DNA of 64,000 nucleotides from an uncultured delta proteobacterium (GTDB lineage Bacteria > Myxococcota > Myxococcia > Myxococcales > Anaeromyxobacteraceae), in assembly GCA_963828255.1 (NCBI GenBank), contig CAWHDZ010000017.1:145150-209149 (forward strand), read 5' to 3'. This document shows positions 9,297 through 21,239 of the stretch, piece by piece. The notes below the pieces were generated by a model that was not told where the DNA came from, ran no database searches, and worked only from the letters and a program-made list of their open reading frames with translations. Within the stretch, counting starts at the first letter, position 1. Every line of letters starts with the position of its first letter. The position numbers and the translations under genes were made by a program.

Positions 9297-10042
9297 CGCG
9301 ACACCCCGCCGATGGTCCGCGGCCCCGGCGCGACGGGCTGGCGCACGCCCGGGTTGGCGACGCCGGGCAGCCGGGTGTTCTGCGCCGGGCTGGCCAGGTT
9401 GGGCGGAATGTCCGGGTCCGGGCCTCGGGCCCCGCCGGCGGCCTTGGGGTGCAGGACCACCCAGAAGGTGGAGAGTTCGAAGCCGTTCTCGGTCTTCCCG
9501 TCCTTCCAGCTCACCCGCAGCGACACCCTGCGGACCCCGTTCTTGATCTCCTCGGTGAAGGCCTTGATCTGCCCCTGCAGGACCCCGCCCAGCAGGCCGC
9601 CCGGCGTGCCCGCCGACGGCCCTCCCTTGGAACCGCCACCGCCACCGCCCTCGCCGCCCAGGAGCTTGCCGAGCATCTCCTGGGTGCCCACGTCTCCGTC
9701 GCCCCCGCCCAGGAACGCGCCCAGGATCTTCTCGGGGGTGAGGTCGGAGGCGGGCTTCTTCAATTCGAGCTTCCAGCGCATGCCGGGCTCACCCTGGTCC
9801 GAGAAGCTGCCCTCCTCGGACTGGTCGAAGTCGGTGAAGCCGGCGTCCTCGTACTTCTCCTCCATCTCGGCCATCTTGCCGCGGGCGAGCAGGGTGGCCA
9901 CGGAGAGGTCGCGCGCGTAGCCGAAGTTCCGCAGCGCGTTGCCCGAGAGGTCGGCCACCGCCATGAGCGAGCCGGCCAGCACGACGAGCGCCACCATGAC
10001 CTCGAGCAGCGTGAAGCCACGCCCCTGCACGACGCGCCTCAC
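9293..10042 (-). CDS. gspI: Type II secretion minor pseudopilin I
   Basis: RGFTLLEVMVAL motif; GTG start overlaps gspH stop. Confidence 0.85.
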   Translation of the reverse strand: MRRVVQGRGFTLLEVMVALVVLAGSLMAVADLSGNALRNFGYARDLSVATLLARGKMAEMEEKYEDAGFTDFDQSEEGSFSDQGEPGMRWKLELKKPASDLTPEKILGAFLGGGDGDVGTQEMLGKLLGGEGGGGGGSKGGPSAGTPGGLLGGVLQGQIKAFTEEIKNGVRRVSLRVSWKDGKTENGFELSTFWVVLHPKAAGGARGPDPDIPPNLASPAQNTRLPGVANPGVRQPVAPGPRTIGGVSR

Positions 10043-10674
10043 CGCGGCACCTCGGGGATGCCCGGCACCACCCGGGCGCGGCCGGTGAGCGGCTGGGTCA
10101 CCACGGTGTAGACGTTGCCGCCGTCGGACACCGGGATCTGGGCGCGGTCGGCCTGGCCCTGCGGGTAGAAGTAGACGTAGGCCTTTCCCTTGGTCTGGGG
10201 GTCGCGGTTGCGGGGCGTCCAGACCTTCTCGAACGCGGTGCTCCCCTTGAGCTTCCGCTTCTGGACCTGCCGGTCCTTGAACTCGGCGAACCGGGCGCGG
10301 GCCAGGAACTTCCGCTTCTCGGGGTCGACCTCGTCGGAGAAGCCGCGGGCCAGCTCCTTCTCGTCGTCCTCGGCGACGCCGTCCTTGCCCATGACCGGCT
10401 GGCCCCGCCGCCCGGGCGAGGCCGTGGTGCACTCGGCCCACCACTCCCGGGCGTCCATGTCGAGGACCATCCGGCAGGTCTGGTGGCGCAGCGCCGCCGT
10501 GTCGAAGAGGTAGCGGAAGGCGCCGGCGATCTCGCTGGCTGCGGCGCGGGCGTTGGCCCCGGTGAGCGAGCTCACGGCGGGCCCGGCGGCCAGCGCCATG
10601 ACGCCGATCACGGCCACCACGATGAGGACCTCGATGAGGGTGAACCCCCTCGGCTGGCGCGCCTCGCCGCTCAT
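10039..10674 (-). CDS. gspH: Type II secretion minor pseudopilin H
   Basis: RGFTLIEVLIVV motif; C-terminal YFYPQG; follows gspG. Confidence 0.85.
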   Translation of the reverse strand: MSGEARQPRGFTLIEVLIVVAVIGVMALAAGPAVSSLTGANARAAASEIAGAFRYLFDTAALRHQTCRMVLDMDAREWWAECTTASPGRRGQPVMGKDGVAEDDEKELARGFSDEVDPEKRKFLARARFAEFKDRQVQKRKLKGSTAFEKVWTPRNRDPQTKGKAYVYFYPQGQADRAQIPVSDGGNVYTVVTQPLTGRARVVPGIPEVPR

Positions 10675-10693
10675 CGTCTCCGGGATCCACGCC

Positions 10694-11098
10694 TCAGGGG
10701 TTGACGATGTCGGCGTTGGTGCCGTCGCCGCCGGCCTGCGCGTCGCCGCCGTAGGACTTGATGTCGAAGGACTCGGGGTGGACCTGCCCGGGGAAGAGGT
10801 ACACGTAAGGATTGCCCCAGGGATCCTTGAGCTGGGGCTTGCACTTCCCGGCCGTCACCACCGCCTGGAGCCCCTCCTCGGTGTTGGGGTAGCGCCCCTT
10901 GTCGATCTTGTAGAGATCGAGGCAGTTCTCCAGCGTGTGCAGGTCGGTCTTGGCCTGCTTGACCTTGGCCTCGTCGAGCTGGCCCACCACGTTCACCGCC
11001 ACCGCGGCCGCGATGATCCCGAGGATGGTGATGACCACCAGGATCTCGATGAGGGTCATGCCGCGCGACGCGGCGCGGGCGCTTCGGGGAGCTCTCAC
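10694..11098 (-). CDS. gspG: Type II secretion major pseudopilin G
   Basis: RGMTLIEIL, YPNTEEGLQA, KDPWGNPYVY and SYGGD motifs. Confidence 0.95.
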   Translation of the reverse strand: MRAPRSARAASRGMTLIEILVVITILGIIAAAVAVNVVGQLDEAKVKQAKTDLHTLENCLDLYKIDKGRYPNTEEGLQAVVTAGKCKPQLKDPWGNPYVYLFPGQVHPESFDIKSYGGDAQAGGDGTNADIVNP

Positions 11099-11100
11099 GT

Positions 11101-12327
11101 TCAGCCTCCTGCGATGGTGTTGATCTGGAGAATGGGCATCAGGATGGAGAAGACGATGAAGGCCACGGCCACGCCCATGACCACGATCATGATGGGCTCG
11201 AGCAGCGAGGTGAGCGCGGCGATCTTGGTCTCCACCTGGCTGTCGTAGGCGTTGGCGACGTTCCCGAGCATGTCCTCGAGCTCGCCCGACTTCTCGCCGA
11301 TGGCGATCATGTGGTACACCAATGGTGGAAACTCGCCGGAGCGCTTGAGCGGCGCGGCGATGCTCTCGCCCTCCTTGATCGACTCGCGGGCCTCCTCGAT
11401 GACCGCGGCCAGGCGGGTGTTCCCCACGATGTTCCGCACGATGTCGAGCGCGGTGAGCAGGGGCACCCCGCTCTTCAGCAGCGTGGCCAGCGTGCGGGAG
11501 AAGCGCGCCACCGCCACCTGGCGTATCAGGGATCCGAAGATGGGGGCGTCGAGGACCCAGATGTCCCAGCGCGCCCGGCCCGCCTCGGTCCTGCGCCAGC
11601 GCACGAATCCGTAGATCCCGGCGGCCAGCAGCAGGATCACCGCCCACCACCAGTCGTGCATGAAGCTGGCGACGCCGAGGAGGATGCGGGTGGTCCAGGG
11701 CAGCACCACCTTGGTGTCCTCGAAGATCTTGGTGATCTTGGGGATGACCACCGTGAAGAGGATGCCCATCACCGCCGCGCCGATGATCACCATGGCGGCC
11801 GGGTAGGTGAGGGTGCCGAGGACCTTGGAGCGCAGACGGGCCTGGCTCTCCGTGAAGTCGGCGAGCCGGAAGAGCACCACGTCGAGGGCGCCGGAGGACT
11901 CGCCGGCCCGGATCATGTTCACGTAGAGGTTGCTGAAGGCCTTGGGGTGCTGCCCCAGCGCGTCGGCCAGCGAGGACCCCTCGTTGACCCGCTGCTTCAC
12001 CGCGGAGAGCACCCGCTTCAGCCGCTCGTGGTCCACCTGCTCCACCAGCGCGGTGAGCGCGTCGACGAGCGGGATGCCGGCGTTCACCAGGACCGCCAGC
12101 TGCCGGGTGGCCACCGCCACGTCGTCGGCCTTGACCCGTCCGCCCACCCAGCGCCGGACGTTCACCTCGGGGGAGGCGGCCTTGGCCGCCTTCTCGCCGG
12201 TCACCTCGGTGAGGTAGAGCCCGTCGCGGCGGAGCGCCCCGCGCAGGGACCTGGGAGAGTCGGCCTCCTTGAGCCCCTCGACGTTCTTTCCGCGCTGGTC
12301 GAGCGCCTTGTATGCGAAGACGGGCAT
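11101..12327 (-). CDS. gspF: Type II secretion inner membrane platform protein F
   Basis: MPVFAYKALD start, two T2SSF domains (AGESSGAL, IGEKSGEL), LLEP motif. Confidence 0.96.
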   Translation of the reverse strand: MPVFAYKALDQRGKNVEGLKEADSPRSLRGALRRDGLYLTEVTGEKAAKAASPEVNVRRWVGGRVKADDVAVATRQLAVLVNAGIPLVDALTALVEQVDHERLKRVLSAVKQRVNEGSSLADALGQHPKAFSNLYVNMIRAGESSGALDVVLFRLADFTESQARLRSKVLGTLTYPAAMVIIGAAVMGILFTVVIPKITKIFEDTKVVLPWTTRILLGVASFMHDWWWAVILLLAAGIYGFVRWRRTEAGRARWDIWVLDAPIFGSLIRQVAVARFSRTLATLLKSGVPLLTALDIVRNIVGNTRLAAVIEEARESIKEGESIAAPLKRSGEFPPLVYHMIAIGEKSGELEDMLGNVANAYDSQVETKIAALTSLLEPIMIVVMGVAVAFIVFSILMPILQINTIAGG

Positions 12328-12336
12328 GGCCGGCCG

Positions 12337-14130
<1,794 letters not shown>

Positions 14131-14151
14131 GTCGGTCGGTGGCGGGGTCGC

Positions 14152-17100
14152 CTAGCCGCCGCCCGGCGGCGGGGCGGTGGGTGCCGGCGCGGGCGTGGCC
14201 GGCTCGGCGCCCGGAATGGGCAGCATCGTGCCCTGGGTGGGTGGGAAGGTGCGCGGCTGCGCTTCGGCGGGGGTCGGTGCCGGGGCTGGCGCCGGTGCTG
14301 CGGCAGGCGCGGCCGGCGGGCTCGCCGGCAGAGGCCCGGTCGGGACCGCGGACGGAGCGATGGTGCGCCCCGGCGTCGCGGAGGCGCCCGGCGAAGGCAA
14401 CGGAATGGGAGGGATCGCCGGACCGTAGCTCGGTGGCGGCTTGACCGTCTTCTCGCCGAAGCCGCCCGGACCTCCGTTCTCGATCTTCGCGCTCTCCGTG
14501 ACCACCTGCTGCCGGACGCGGGTGAGCGGACCGGGGCGGCTGGAGGCCTCCGCGAGCGTGTAGTCGGGCTTCTTGCCGTAGTAGAGCTCGTAGAGCTCGC
14601 GGTGCTCCCGCTGCTTGCGCTCCAGGATCCGCCGGAAGTCGGACTGGTCCCGGATGATGTAGGGGGTGAGCAGGAGGAGAAGGTTCGTCTTCTTCTTCAC
14701 GATGTTGGTGCTGCGGAACGCCCAGCCCAGGATGGGGATGTCGCCGAGCAACGGGATCTTCGACACCGAGGTGACGTTCCGGTCCTGGACCAGGCCGCCG
14801 ATCACGATGGTGCTCTGGTCCTTCACCACCACCTTGGTCTTCACGCTGCGCTTCGCCGTCGTGGGGCCGAGCGTCGGGTTGTTGGCGACGATCTCCTCCT
14901 GCGACTCCTCGATGTCCATGCGCACCATGTCGCCCTCGTGGATCTGCGGCTTGATCTTGAGCTTGAGGTCGACGTTCTGGCGCTGGATGGGGGCGATGAG
15001 GCTGGCCACGTTGTAGTTGTTGAGCAGGCTGTTGGTGGCGCCGGCCGCCCCCGTGGCCCCGGCGGTGCTGAACCCGGGGTTGTAGCCGGCCTGGAAGGGC
15101 ACGTTGTTGCCGACGATGATCTCCGACTCCTCGTTGTCCTGGGCGATGAGGTGCGGCGTGGAGAGCACGTTCACGTCGGAGTTGGACTGCAGCGCCTGGA
15201 TGACCACGCCCACGCTCGGGAACGGGAAGATGTCCTTCAGCTCGGCCGAGACCGGGCCCACGAGGCCGGTGAGGAACCCGCCCAGCTGGAGGGCCGAGGT
15301 CGGGTTGAGGGAGTTGATCTTCCCGGGCTCGAGGCCGATGGGGATGAAGCCCTTCCCGTTGGCGGTGTTGACCGGGACGGCGAGGTGCATGCCGACGCCG
15401 ATGTCGCTCGTGTTGTCGATGTCCACCTCCATGATCACCGCCTCCACGAAGACCTGGCGGCGCGGGCGGTCGAGCTTGTCGATGAGCCGCTGCACCACCG
15501 CGAAGTCGGAGGCGCTGGCGATGATCACGAGCGAGTTGGAAGGCTTGTCGGCCGTGACCTTCACGTCCCCGCTGAAGAGCTCGGCGGTGCCGCCGCCGCC
15601 GGCCGCCCGCGGCGCGGTGACGCCCGGTGGCGAGACCATCCCGGCGCCGGGCGGGGCGCCGGCCGTCGAGCCGGAGCGGCGCGAGCCGCTGGCCAGGTTC
15701 TGCAGCGTGTTGGACAGGTCCTCGGCGTTGGCGTTCTTCAGGAAGATGACGTGGATCGACCCCTCGCCGGCGGTGGGCGTGTCGAGCTGCCGGACCAGCT
15801 CGACGATGCGCTGGAAGCTCTTCTCGTCGGAGATGACGATGAGCTTGTTGGTGCGCTCGTCGGCCACCACCTTGCTGATGGAGATCTCCCCCGCCTCGGC
15901 CCCCGCGCCGGCCGGCGCTGCACCCGGAGCCGCCCCCGGTGCGGCCACGCCGCCGATGACCGCCCGGCGGGTGCCCTTGCCCGGCTGCCCGGGCGCCTGG
16001 ACGAAGATCTGGTTCACCTTGTCGGCCACGTCGCGCGCCGGGGCGTACTGGACCTGGATGACCCGCACCAGGTCGTGGGAGCCGGGTCGGTCGAGGGCCT
16101 CGAGCAGCTTCTCGATGCGCCGGACGTTCAGCCCGATGTCGGTGACGAGGAGGATGTCGGGGGGAATGGTCTGGATGTCGGCGCCCTGGGGCGAGGTGAA
16201 GTTTCCGAGGACGGCCCGCAACTGGTCGGGGTCCACGTAGCGGAGCCGGAAGAGCTTGGTCACCGACTGCTCCAGGGCGGGGATCTCACCGTCCTCGCTG
16301 AGCAGGGTGGGAATGGGCACCTTCTTGGCGTCGGCGATGCGGACGAGCTTCCAGTACTTGCCCGTCTGGTACATGGCGATGCCGTTGGTGTTGAGCGCGG
16401 CCAGGAAGGCCGCGTAGGCCTCCTCGGCCGTGACCGGCGTCTTGGAGAGCAGGGTGATCTTCCCGCGGACGACCTCATCGGTGTAGGCGAAGTTGCGGCA
16501 AGTCCAGCGGCTGGCCTGCTCGAGGAGGTCGAGGATCTCCGCCTTGTTGAAGGCGAGGAGGAACTTGCCCTCCATCGGCTCGCAGGCGCCGGAGGAGCGG
16601 GCCGATCCGCCCGCCTGGCCGGCGGGGACGACGTCGGCGCGGGCGGGGCTGCTGTCCGGGCGCGAGGGGGCCGCCTGCTGCACGCCCGGGGCGACGCTCT
16701 CACCCGGGGCGACGCTCTCACCCGGGGGGGGCGCGACCCCGGAGGGAGGAGACGCGAAGGCACTGCCCGCCGAGGAAGCTGCGCCCCCCTGGCCGTCGGA
16801 GGCGGGAGACGTACCTGCCGACCCGGGATCAGCTTCGGTGGCGGTCTCGGCGCCGGGAGTGGGAGCGGGAGCGCGAGCCGGAGCGGCGGTGCGCCCCGGC
16901 CTTGTCATCGGGACGCCGGCCTTCATTCCAGCAGGCGTGCGGCGGATTGCCCCTGGTCGGGGAGCCGGCGCGTTGCTGGTCCCCGTGGCGTACGGGGGGA
17001 CGGCCGGCGGTGCCCGGGGCGGCACGCTGGGCGACTCTTCAGGTAAATCCTGCGCCCCAGCCAGCGCGGACACGAGTAGGGCGGCGAGAAGCGAGCGCAT
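14152..17100 (-). CDS. gspD: Type II secretion secretin D with long Pro/Ala-rich terminal extensions
   Basis: Signal peptide, N domains, QVFVEAVIMEV, KIPLLGDIPILGWAFR secretin signature. Confidence 0.95.
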   Translation of the reverse strand: MRSLLAALLVSALAGAQDLPEESPSVPPRAPPAVPPYATGTSNAPAPRPGAIRRTPAGMKAGVPMTRPGRTAAPARAPAPTPGAETATEADPGSAGTSPASDGQGGAASSAGSAFASPPSGVAPPPGESVAPGESVAPGVQQAAPSRPDSSPARADVVPAGQAGGSARSSGACEPMEGKFLLAFNKAEILDLLEQASRWTCRNFAYTDEVVRGKITLLSKTPVTAEEAYAAFLAALNTNGIAMYQTGKYWKLVRIADAKKVPIPTLLSEDGEIPALEQSVTKLFRLRYVDPDQLRAVLGNFTSPQGADIQTIPPDILLVTDIGLNVRRIEKLLEALDRPGSHDLVRVIQVQYAPARDVADKVNQIFVQAPGQPGKGTRRAVIGGVAAPGAAPGAAPAGAGAEAGEISISKVVADERTNKLIVISDEKSFQRIVELVRQLDTPTAGEGSIHVIFLKNANAEDLSNTLQNLASGSRRSGSTAGAPPGAGMVSPPGVTAPRAAGGGGTAELFSGDVKVTADKPSNSLVIIASASDFAVVQRLIDKLDRPRRQVFVEAVIMEVDIDNTSDIGVGMHLAVPVNTANGKGFIPIGLEPGKINSLNPTSALQLGGFLTGLVGPVSAELKDIFPFPSVGVVIQALQSNSDVNVLSTPHLIAQDNEESEIIVGNNVPFQAGYNPGFSTAGATGAAGATNSLLNNYNVASLIAPIQRQNVDLKLKIKPQIHEGDMVRMDIEESQEEIVANNPTLGPTTAKRSVKTKVVVKDQSTIVIGGLVQDRNVTSVSKIPLLGDIPILGWAFRSTNIVKKKTNLLLLLTPYIIRDQSDFRRILERKQREHRELYELYYGKKPDYTLAEASSRPGPLTRVRQQVVTESAKIENGGPGGFGEKTVKPPPSYGPAIPPIPLPSPGASATPGRTIAPSAVPTGPLPASPPAAPAAAPAPAPAPTPAEAQPRTFPPTQGTMLPIPGAEPATPAPAPTAPPPGGG
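16685..16720. repeat. 18-bp tandem duplication in gspD (encodes PGESVA twice)
   Basis: cccggggcgacgctctca occurs twice in tandem. Confidence 0.85.
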
Positions 17101-17118
17101 GTGTTCCCCTCGCACCGG

Positions 17119-18105
17119 CTACGGGCCGGTGACGTTGTACTCCTTGCGGATGGTCTGGCCGTTGCGCTCGAGGTCGATCGTGACGTGCCGCGCCTCGCGC
17201 AGCTTCTGGTAGATCTCGAGCGCCTTGTCCGGCGAGTTGATCTCGTAGCCGTTGACCTTCTGGACCACGTCGCCGTTCTCCACCCCGATCGCGGAGTAGA
17301 AGGAGTTGGGCTGGATCGAGAAGACCTTGAACCCGTTGGCCACGCCGTTCTTGAAGCTCGGGACGATGCGCGCCTGGGTGGCCACGGAGTTCAGGTTGGA
17401 GAGCGTCCCGTCGAGGACCGACTTCTTCACGTCGTACTTGTTGTCGGCGACCTTGCGGATGCCGTCGGGCGTCATGGCCGATGCGCCGGCGTTGGGAGGC
17501 GGGACGGGGACGACGCCCACGTTCGGCGCCGAGACGGCGACGGCCGCCCCGCCGCCGCCGGTGTCGAAGCCGATGAACTCCTTGCGCCCGTCGTGGCAGA
17601 CGATGGCGACCACCCGGAAGGCGCGCCCGCTGGTGTCCTGCTCGTCGCGGATCCGCTCCACGGACAGGACCCGCGACCCCTGCACCTCGTCGCCGACCCC
17701 GTAGGTCCGGGTCTGACCGCTCGACTTGTCCATGATCACGGCAACCGACCGGAGGGGCCTGTCGGAGACGATCCCGGCCACGAGCTGGGCGCGCAGGGAC
17801 GTGGCGACCGGCGCCGCGAGGAGGTCGGAGCAGGTCTTCGGAGGCGGGGGAGCGGCGGCAGCGGTACCGGCCACGACCACCGGCGGGGGCTTCTGGCCGA
17901 TGAGCGGGAACAGCTTGTCCACGTCGAGGTTGGCGAACGGGGTGGCGGGCGCCGATGCCTGCCCGCCGCTGGTCTCCACCCGCGGTGTCGGGCGGATCGC
18001 GGCCCCCACGGCCGTGTTGACCGTCTTCGCGAGCAGCCAGGCGGCCGCCGCGAGCAGCACCAGGTTGGCCACCCAGCCGTACTTCTTCAGAAAGACTTCG
18101 AGCAT
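17119..18105 (-). CDS. gspC: Type II secretion system protein C with C-terminal PDZ domain
   Basis: N-terminal TM, HR domain, PDZ (GFKVFSIQPNS...GDVVQKVNG). Confidence 0.92.
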   Translation of the reverse strand: MLEVFLKKYGWVANLVLLAAAAWLLAKTVNTAVGAAIRPTPRVETSGGQASAPATPFANLDVDKLFPLIGQKPPPVVVAGTAAAAPPPPKTCSDLLAAPVATSLRAQLVAGIVSDRPLRSVAVIMDKSSGQTRTYGVGDEVQGSRVLSVERIRDEQDTSGRAFRVVAIVCHDGRKEFIGFDTGGGGAAVAVSAPNVGVVPVPPPNAGASAMTPDGIRKVADNKYDVKKSVLDGTLSNLNSVATQARIVPSFKNGVANGFKVFSIQPNSFYSAIGVENGDVVQKVNGYEINSPDKALEIYQKLREARHVTIDLERNGQTIRKEYNVTGP

Positions 18106-18137
18106 CGTCGGACGGTCGCCCCTCCCAGCGTGACGTG

Positions 18138-18153
18138 AGCAACGGGCGTGCCA
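18138..18153 (-). promoter_or_regulatory. Sigma54 (-24/-12) promoter of the gsp operon
   Basis: Minus strand reads TGGCACGCCCGTTGCT, an exact TGGCAC-N5-TTGC match about 30 nt before the gspC ATG. Confidence 0.85.
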
Positions 18154-18285
18154 CCATACCGCAGGAGACACCCCGGGCAAATACCGGAAACAACAAGGCT
18201 AATCGAATCTGGCATCGTGGCGAGGCGGCCCCGCCTGCCATTCTGGCAATTCACTCTCCCACCCCCCTCCGGGGACGCCATTTTG

Positions 18286-19707
18286 TCAGGCGCGATCGGG
18301 TGCGCCCGCGTCGTCGGGCTCCGGCTCCACGAGCCGACCTTCTCCGTCCCGGTCGAGCTTGCGGTAGATGGTGCGCGGCGCCACCCGGAGAAGCTGGGCG
18401 GCGAGGTTCTTGTCCCCCCGTGTCTGGCGGAGGGTCTCGCGGATCACGACCCGCTCGATCTCCTCGAGCGGAGTGCCGATGGCGATGGTCAGGGTGCCCG
18501 AGGGGGGAGCGGGGCGCCCCGGCGCGGCGCGGCGCACGGCGTCGGGCAGGTCCTCCAGCTGCACCACGTCGCCCCGGCAGAGGACCACCGCCCGCTCCAT
18601 GGCGTGCTGGAGCTCCCGGACGTTGCCGGGCCAGTCGTGGCCGACGAGCGCCTGGAGCGCCGCGTCGGAGAAGCCGGCCACCGGGCGGCGGTTCCGCTCG
18701 GCGAACCCGCGCAGGAAGGTGGCGGCCAGCAGCGGGACGTCCTCGCGTCTCTCGCGCAGCGGGGGGAGCCTGACCGTCACCACGTCGAGCCGGTAGAAGA
18801 GGTCCTCGCGGAACCGGCCGGCCCGGACCTCGGCGGAGAGGTCGCGGTTGGTGGCCGCGACGATCCGGACGTCCACCTGCACCGGCTGGGTGCCTCCGAG
18901 CCGCTCGACCACGCCGTCCTGGAGCACCCGGAGGAGCTTGGCCTGCACCCCGGGCGACATGTCCCCGACCTCGTCGAGGAAGAGCGTGCCGCCGTGGGCG
19001 CGCTGGAAGCGCCCTTCCTTTCGCTGGATGGCGCCGGTGAAGGCGCCGCGCTCGTAACCGAACAGCTCCGACTCCAGGATGGTCTCCGGGATGGCGGCGC
19101 AGTTCACCGGCACGAAGGGCGCGGCCGACCGGGGCGACAGGTCGTGGAGGAGCCGCGCCGCGAGCTCCTTCCCGGTGCCGCTCTCGCCGAGGAGCAGGAC
19201 GGTGGCCGAGGCCGGCGCGACCTGGCGGAGTGTGTCGAGAGCGGCCCGGAAGGAGGGCGCGCTCCCCACCATTCCCCCGTCGGCGGGCTCGCCGGAGAGG
19301 CGGGCCAGCCGGGCGCGCAGGGACCGGTTCTCGGCCACCAGCGAGGCCCTCTCCAGCGCCAGGCGCACGGACTTCACGATGGCGTGTCGCTTCACCGGCT
19401 TGGTGATGAAGTCGTAGGCCCCGTCCTTCATGGCGGCCACCGCGCCCTCGACCGTGCCGAAGGCGGTCATGAGGACCACCTCGATCTCGGGGGCGATGGC
19501 CTTCAAGGCGCGGAGCAGCTCCCCGCCGCCCATCCCGGGCATCATGAGGTCGGTCACCACCACGTCGGGTCGATCCTGCCGCACCACCTCGAGGGCAGCC
19601 TGGCCCGAGTGGGCGAGCGCGACCCGCCATCCCTCGCGGGAGAAGGTCCGCTCCAGCGATTCCAGGTTGGATCGCTCGTCGTCCACGATGAGGATCAGGG
19701 GCGTCAC
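18286..19707 (-). CDS. Sigma54-dependent NtrC-family response regulator (REC-AAA-HTH)
   Basis: ILIVDDE receiver, GESGTGKE, ESELFG, GAFTGA, WPGNVREL, Fis-type HTH. Confidence 0.96.
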   Translation of the reverse strand: MTPLILIVDDERSNLESLERTFSREGWRVALAHSGQAALEVVRQDRPDVVVTDLMMPGMGGGELLRALKAIAPEIEVVLMTAFGTVEGAVAAMKDGAYDFITKPVKRHAIVKSVRLALERASLVAENRSLRARLARLSGEPADGGMVGSAPSFRAALDTLRQVAPASATVLLLGESGTGKELAARLLHDLSPRSAAPFVPVNCAAIPETILESELFGYERGAFTGAIQRKEGRFQRAHGGTLFLDEVGDMSPGVQAKLLRVLQDGVVERLGGTQPVQVDVRIVAATNRDLSAEVRAGRFREDLFYRLDVVTVRLPPLRERREDVPLLAATFLRGFAERNRRPVAGFSDAALQALVGHDWPGNVRELQHAMERAVVLCRGDVVQLEDLPDAVRRAAPGRPAPPSGTLTIAIGTPLEEIERVVIRETLRQTRGDKNLAAQLLRVAPRTIYRKLDRDGEGRLVEPEPDDAGAPDRA

Positions 19708-19818
19708 GCCGCCGGATCCTACAACGCCTCCCCCGCAATCACCCGTTTGCCATGTCAGAAGCTTGGTGTATGAGACCGGCGGGGCCGGCCCCGAACCAGG
19801 CCGGCGTGGAGGAACGCC

Positions 19819-20691
19819 ATGAAGAGAAGCGCCGTCCTGATCGCCCTCGCGGTCGCCGCCTGCGGACCGTCGGTGAAGTCCGTCTCGGTCGAGCCCGCCC
19901 GGGTGACCCTGGACTCCAAGGGGGCGAGCGTCGAGCTCAAGGCCGTGGCCCGCGACGACAAGGGGCAGGCCATCGACCCCAGCAAGGTCAAGGTCGCCTG
20001 GTCGAGCGCGGCGCCCCAGACCGCCAGCGTCGACGCCGTCGGGGTGCTGGTGGCCCAGCGCTCCGGAGAGACCACCGTGACGGCCTCGGTCGGGGAGGTG
20101 AAGGGAACCGCCCCGGTCGTGGTCTCCATACCGGTCAGCATCAGCGTGTCGGCCGTGTCCAGCGATGCCCGCCCCGGCGACACGGTCCTGCTCAAGGTGA
20201 CCGTGGTGGACGACACCGGCAAGCCGGTCACCGTGCCGCGCACCATCACCTGGACCAGCAGCGACGCCGGCGTGGCCCGCGTGGCCGACGGCAAGGTCGA
20301 GGCGGTCGGGCCGGGGTCGGCGACCATCACAGCCGCAACGGGCGCGCTCAAGGGCGTCGCCACCGTGACGGTGCGCATCCCCGAGTTCGCCAGGCTCTCG
20401 CTCGCGCCGGCCAAGACCCAGACCGTGAAGAAGGGCGACAGGCTGACCTTCAAGGTCGCCGCCCTCGACAAGAAGGGGCAGAAGGTGGGCGGGGTCCCGG
20501 TCGCCTGGAAGTCCTCCGACCCGCGCGTCGCCACGGTCTCCTCCGACGGCGTCGTCACCGCGGCGAAGAAGGGCAGCGCCAGGATCACCGCCTCGTCTTC
20601 CGGGAAGTCGGCGACCGTCGGGGTCACCGTCACCGAGACCGCCTCCAAGTCGAAGGCCAAGGCGAAGCCGCCCGCGAAGAAGAAGAAGTAG
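19819..20691 (+). CDS. Lipoprotein with about three bacterial Ig-like (Big_2) domains and a Lys-rich tail
   Basis: Lipobox AVAAC; repeated WxSSD/A-x-x-VA-x-V...G...G-x-A/T-x-I/V-TA units; GGAGG RBS. Confidence 0.85.
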   Translation: MKRSAVLIALAVAACGPSVKSVSVEPARVTLDSKGASVELKAVARDDKGQAIDPSKVKVAWSSAAPQTASVDAVGVLVAQRSGETTVTASVGEVKGTAPVVVSIPVSISVSAVSSDARPGDTVLLKVTVVDDTGKPVTVPRTITWTSSDAGVARVADGKVEAVGPGSATITAATGALKGVATVTVRIPEFARLSLAPAKTQTVKKGDRLTFKVAALDKKGQKVGGVPVAWKSSDPRVATVSSDGVVTAAKKGSARITASSSGKSATVGVTVTETASKSKAKAKPPAKKKK

Positions 20692-20721
20692 CCAGCCGCG
20701 GGGCCCCCCCGGAAACGAAGA

Positions 20722-20745
20722 AGGCGAGCCCCGCGGGGCTCGCCT
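20722..20745. terminator. Probable intrinsic terminator between convergent genes
   Basis: Perfect palindrome AGGCGAGCCCCGCGGGGCTCGCCT followed by a T-rich tract on the minus strand. Confidence 0.65.
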
Positions 20746-20775
20746 CTCGTACGGCCGTGGCCGGGGGAGGGATCC

Positions 20776-21138
20776 CTAGGCCTCGGGGGTCTCGCCAGCC
20801 GGGGCCTCCGCCTTGGGCGCCGGCTTCGGCTTCCCGGCGTTGGCCTTGGCGCGCTTGGTGGCGCGATTCTCGTCCTTGGCGGCCGCCTTGACCGGCGCGG
20901 GCGCGGGGGGCGGGGCGGCCTTCTTCTCGTCTCCCTTGGGGGAGTTCGCGTAGCGGTTCTTGAAGCGCTCGATGCGGCCGGCGGTGTCCATGATCTTCTG
21001 CTTGCCCGTGAAGAACGGGTGGCACGACGAGCAGATCTCGATGTGGAAGTCGCCGCGGGTGGAGCGGGTCTCGATGACCGCGCCGCAGGCGCAGGTCACC
21101 TTGGTGGACTTGTAGTCGGGGTGGATGCCTTCCCTCAT
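20776..21138 (-). CDS. rpmE: 50S ribosomal protein L31 (Zn-binding type) with C-terminal extension
   Basis: [32 protein letters not shown]. Confidence 0.96.
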   Translation of the reverse strand: MREGIHPDYKSTKVTCACGAVIETRSTRGDFHIEICSSCHPFFTGKQKIMDTAGRIERFKNRYANSPKGDEKKAAPPPAPAPVKAAAKDENRATKRAKANAGKPKPAPKAEAPAGETPEA

Positions 21139-21239
21139 GACGTCCTTCCTGTCGCCTCATGCATCGCGCTCCAGCGCGCGGTGGTCCGGGCGGGAGCGGG
21201 GGATCTAGTACGTGCAGGCGGTTCCGTCAAGGACGGCGG

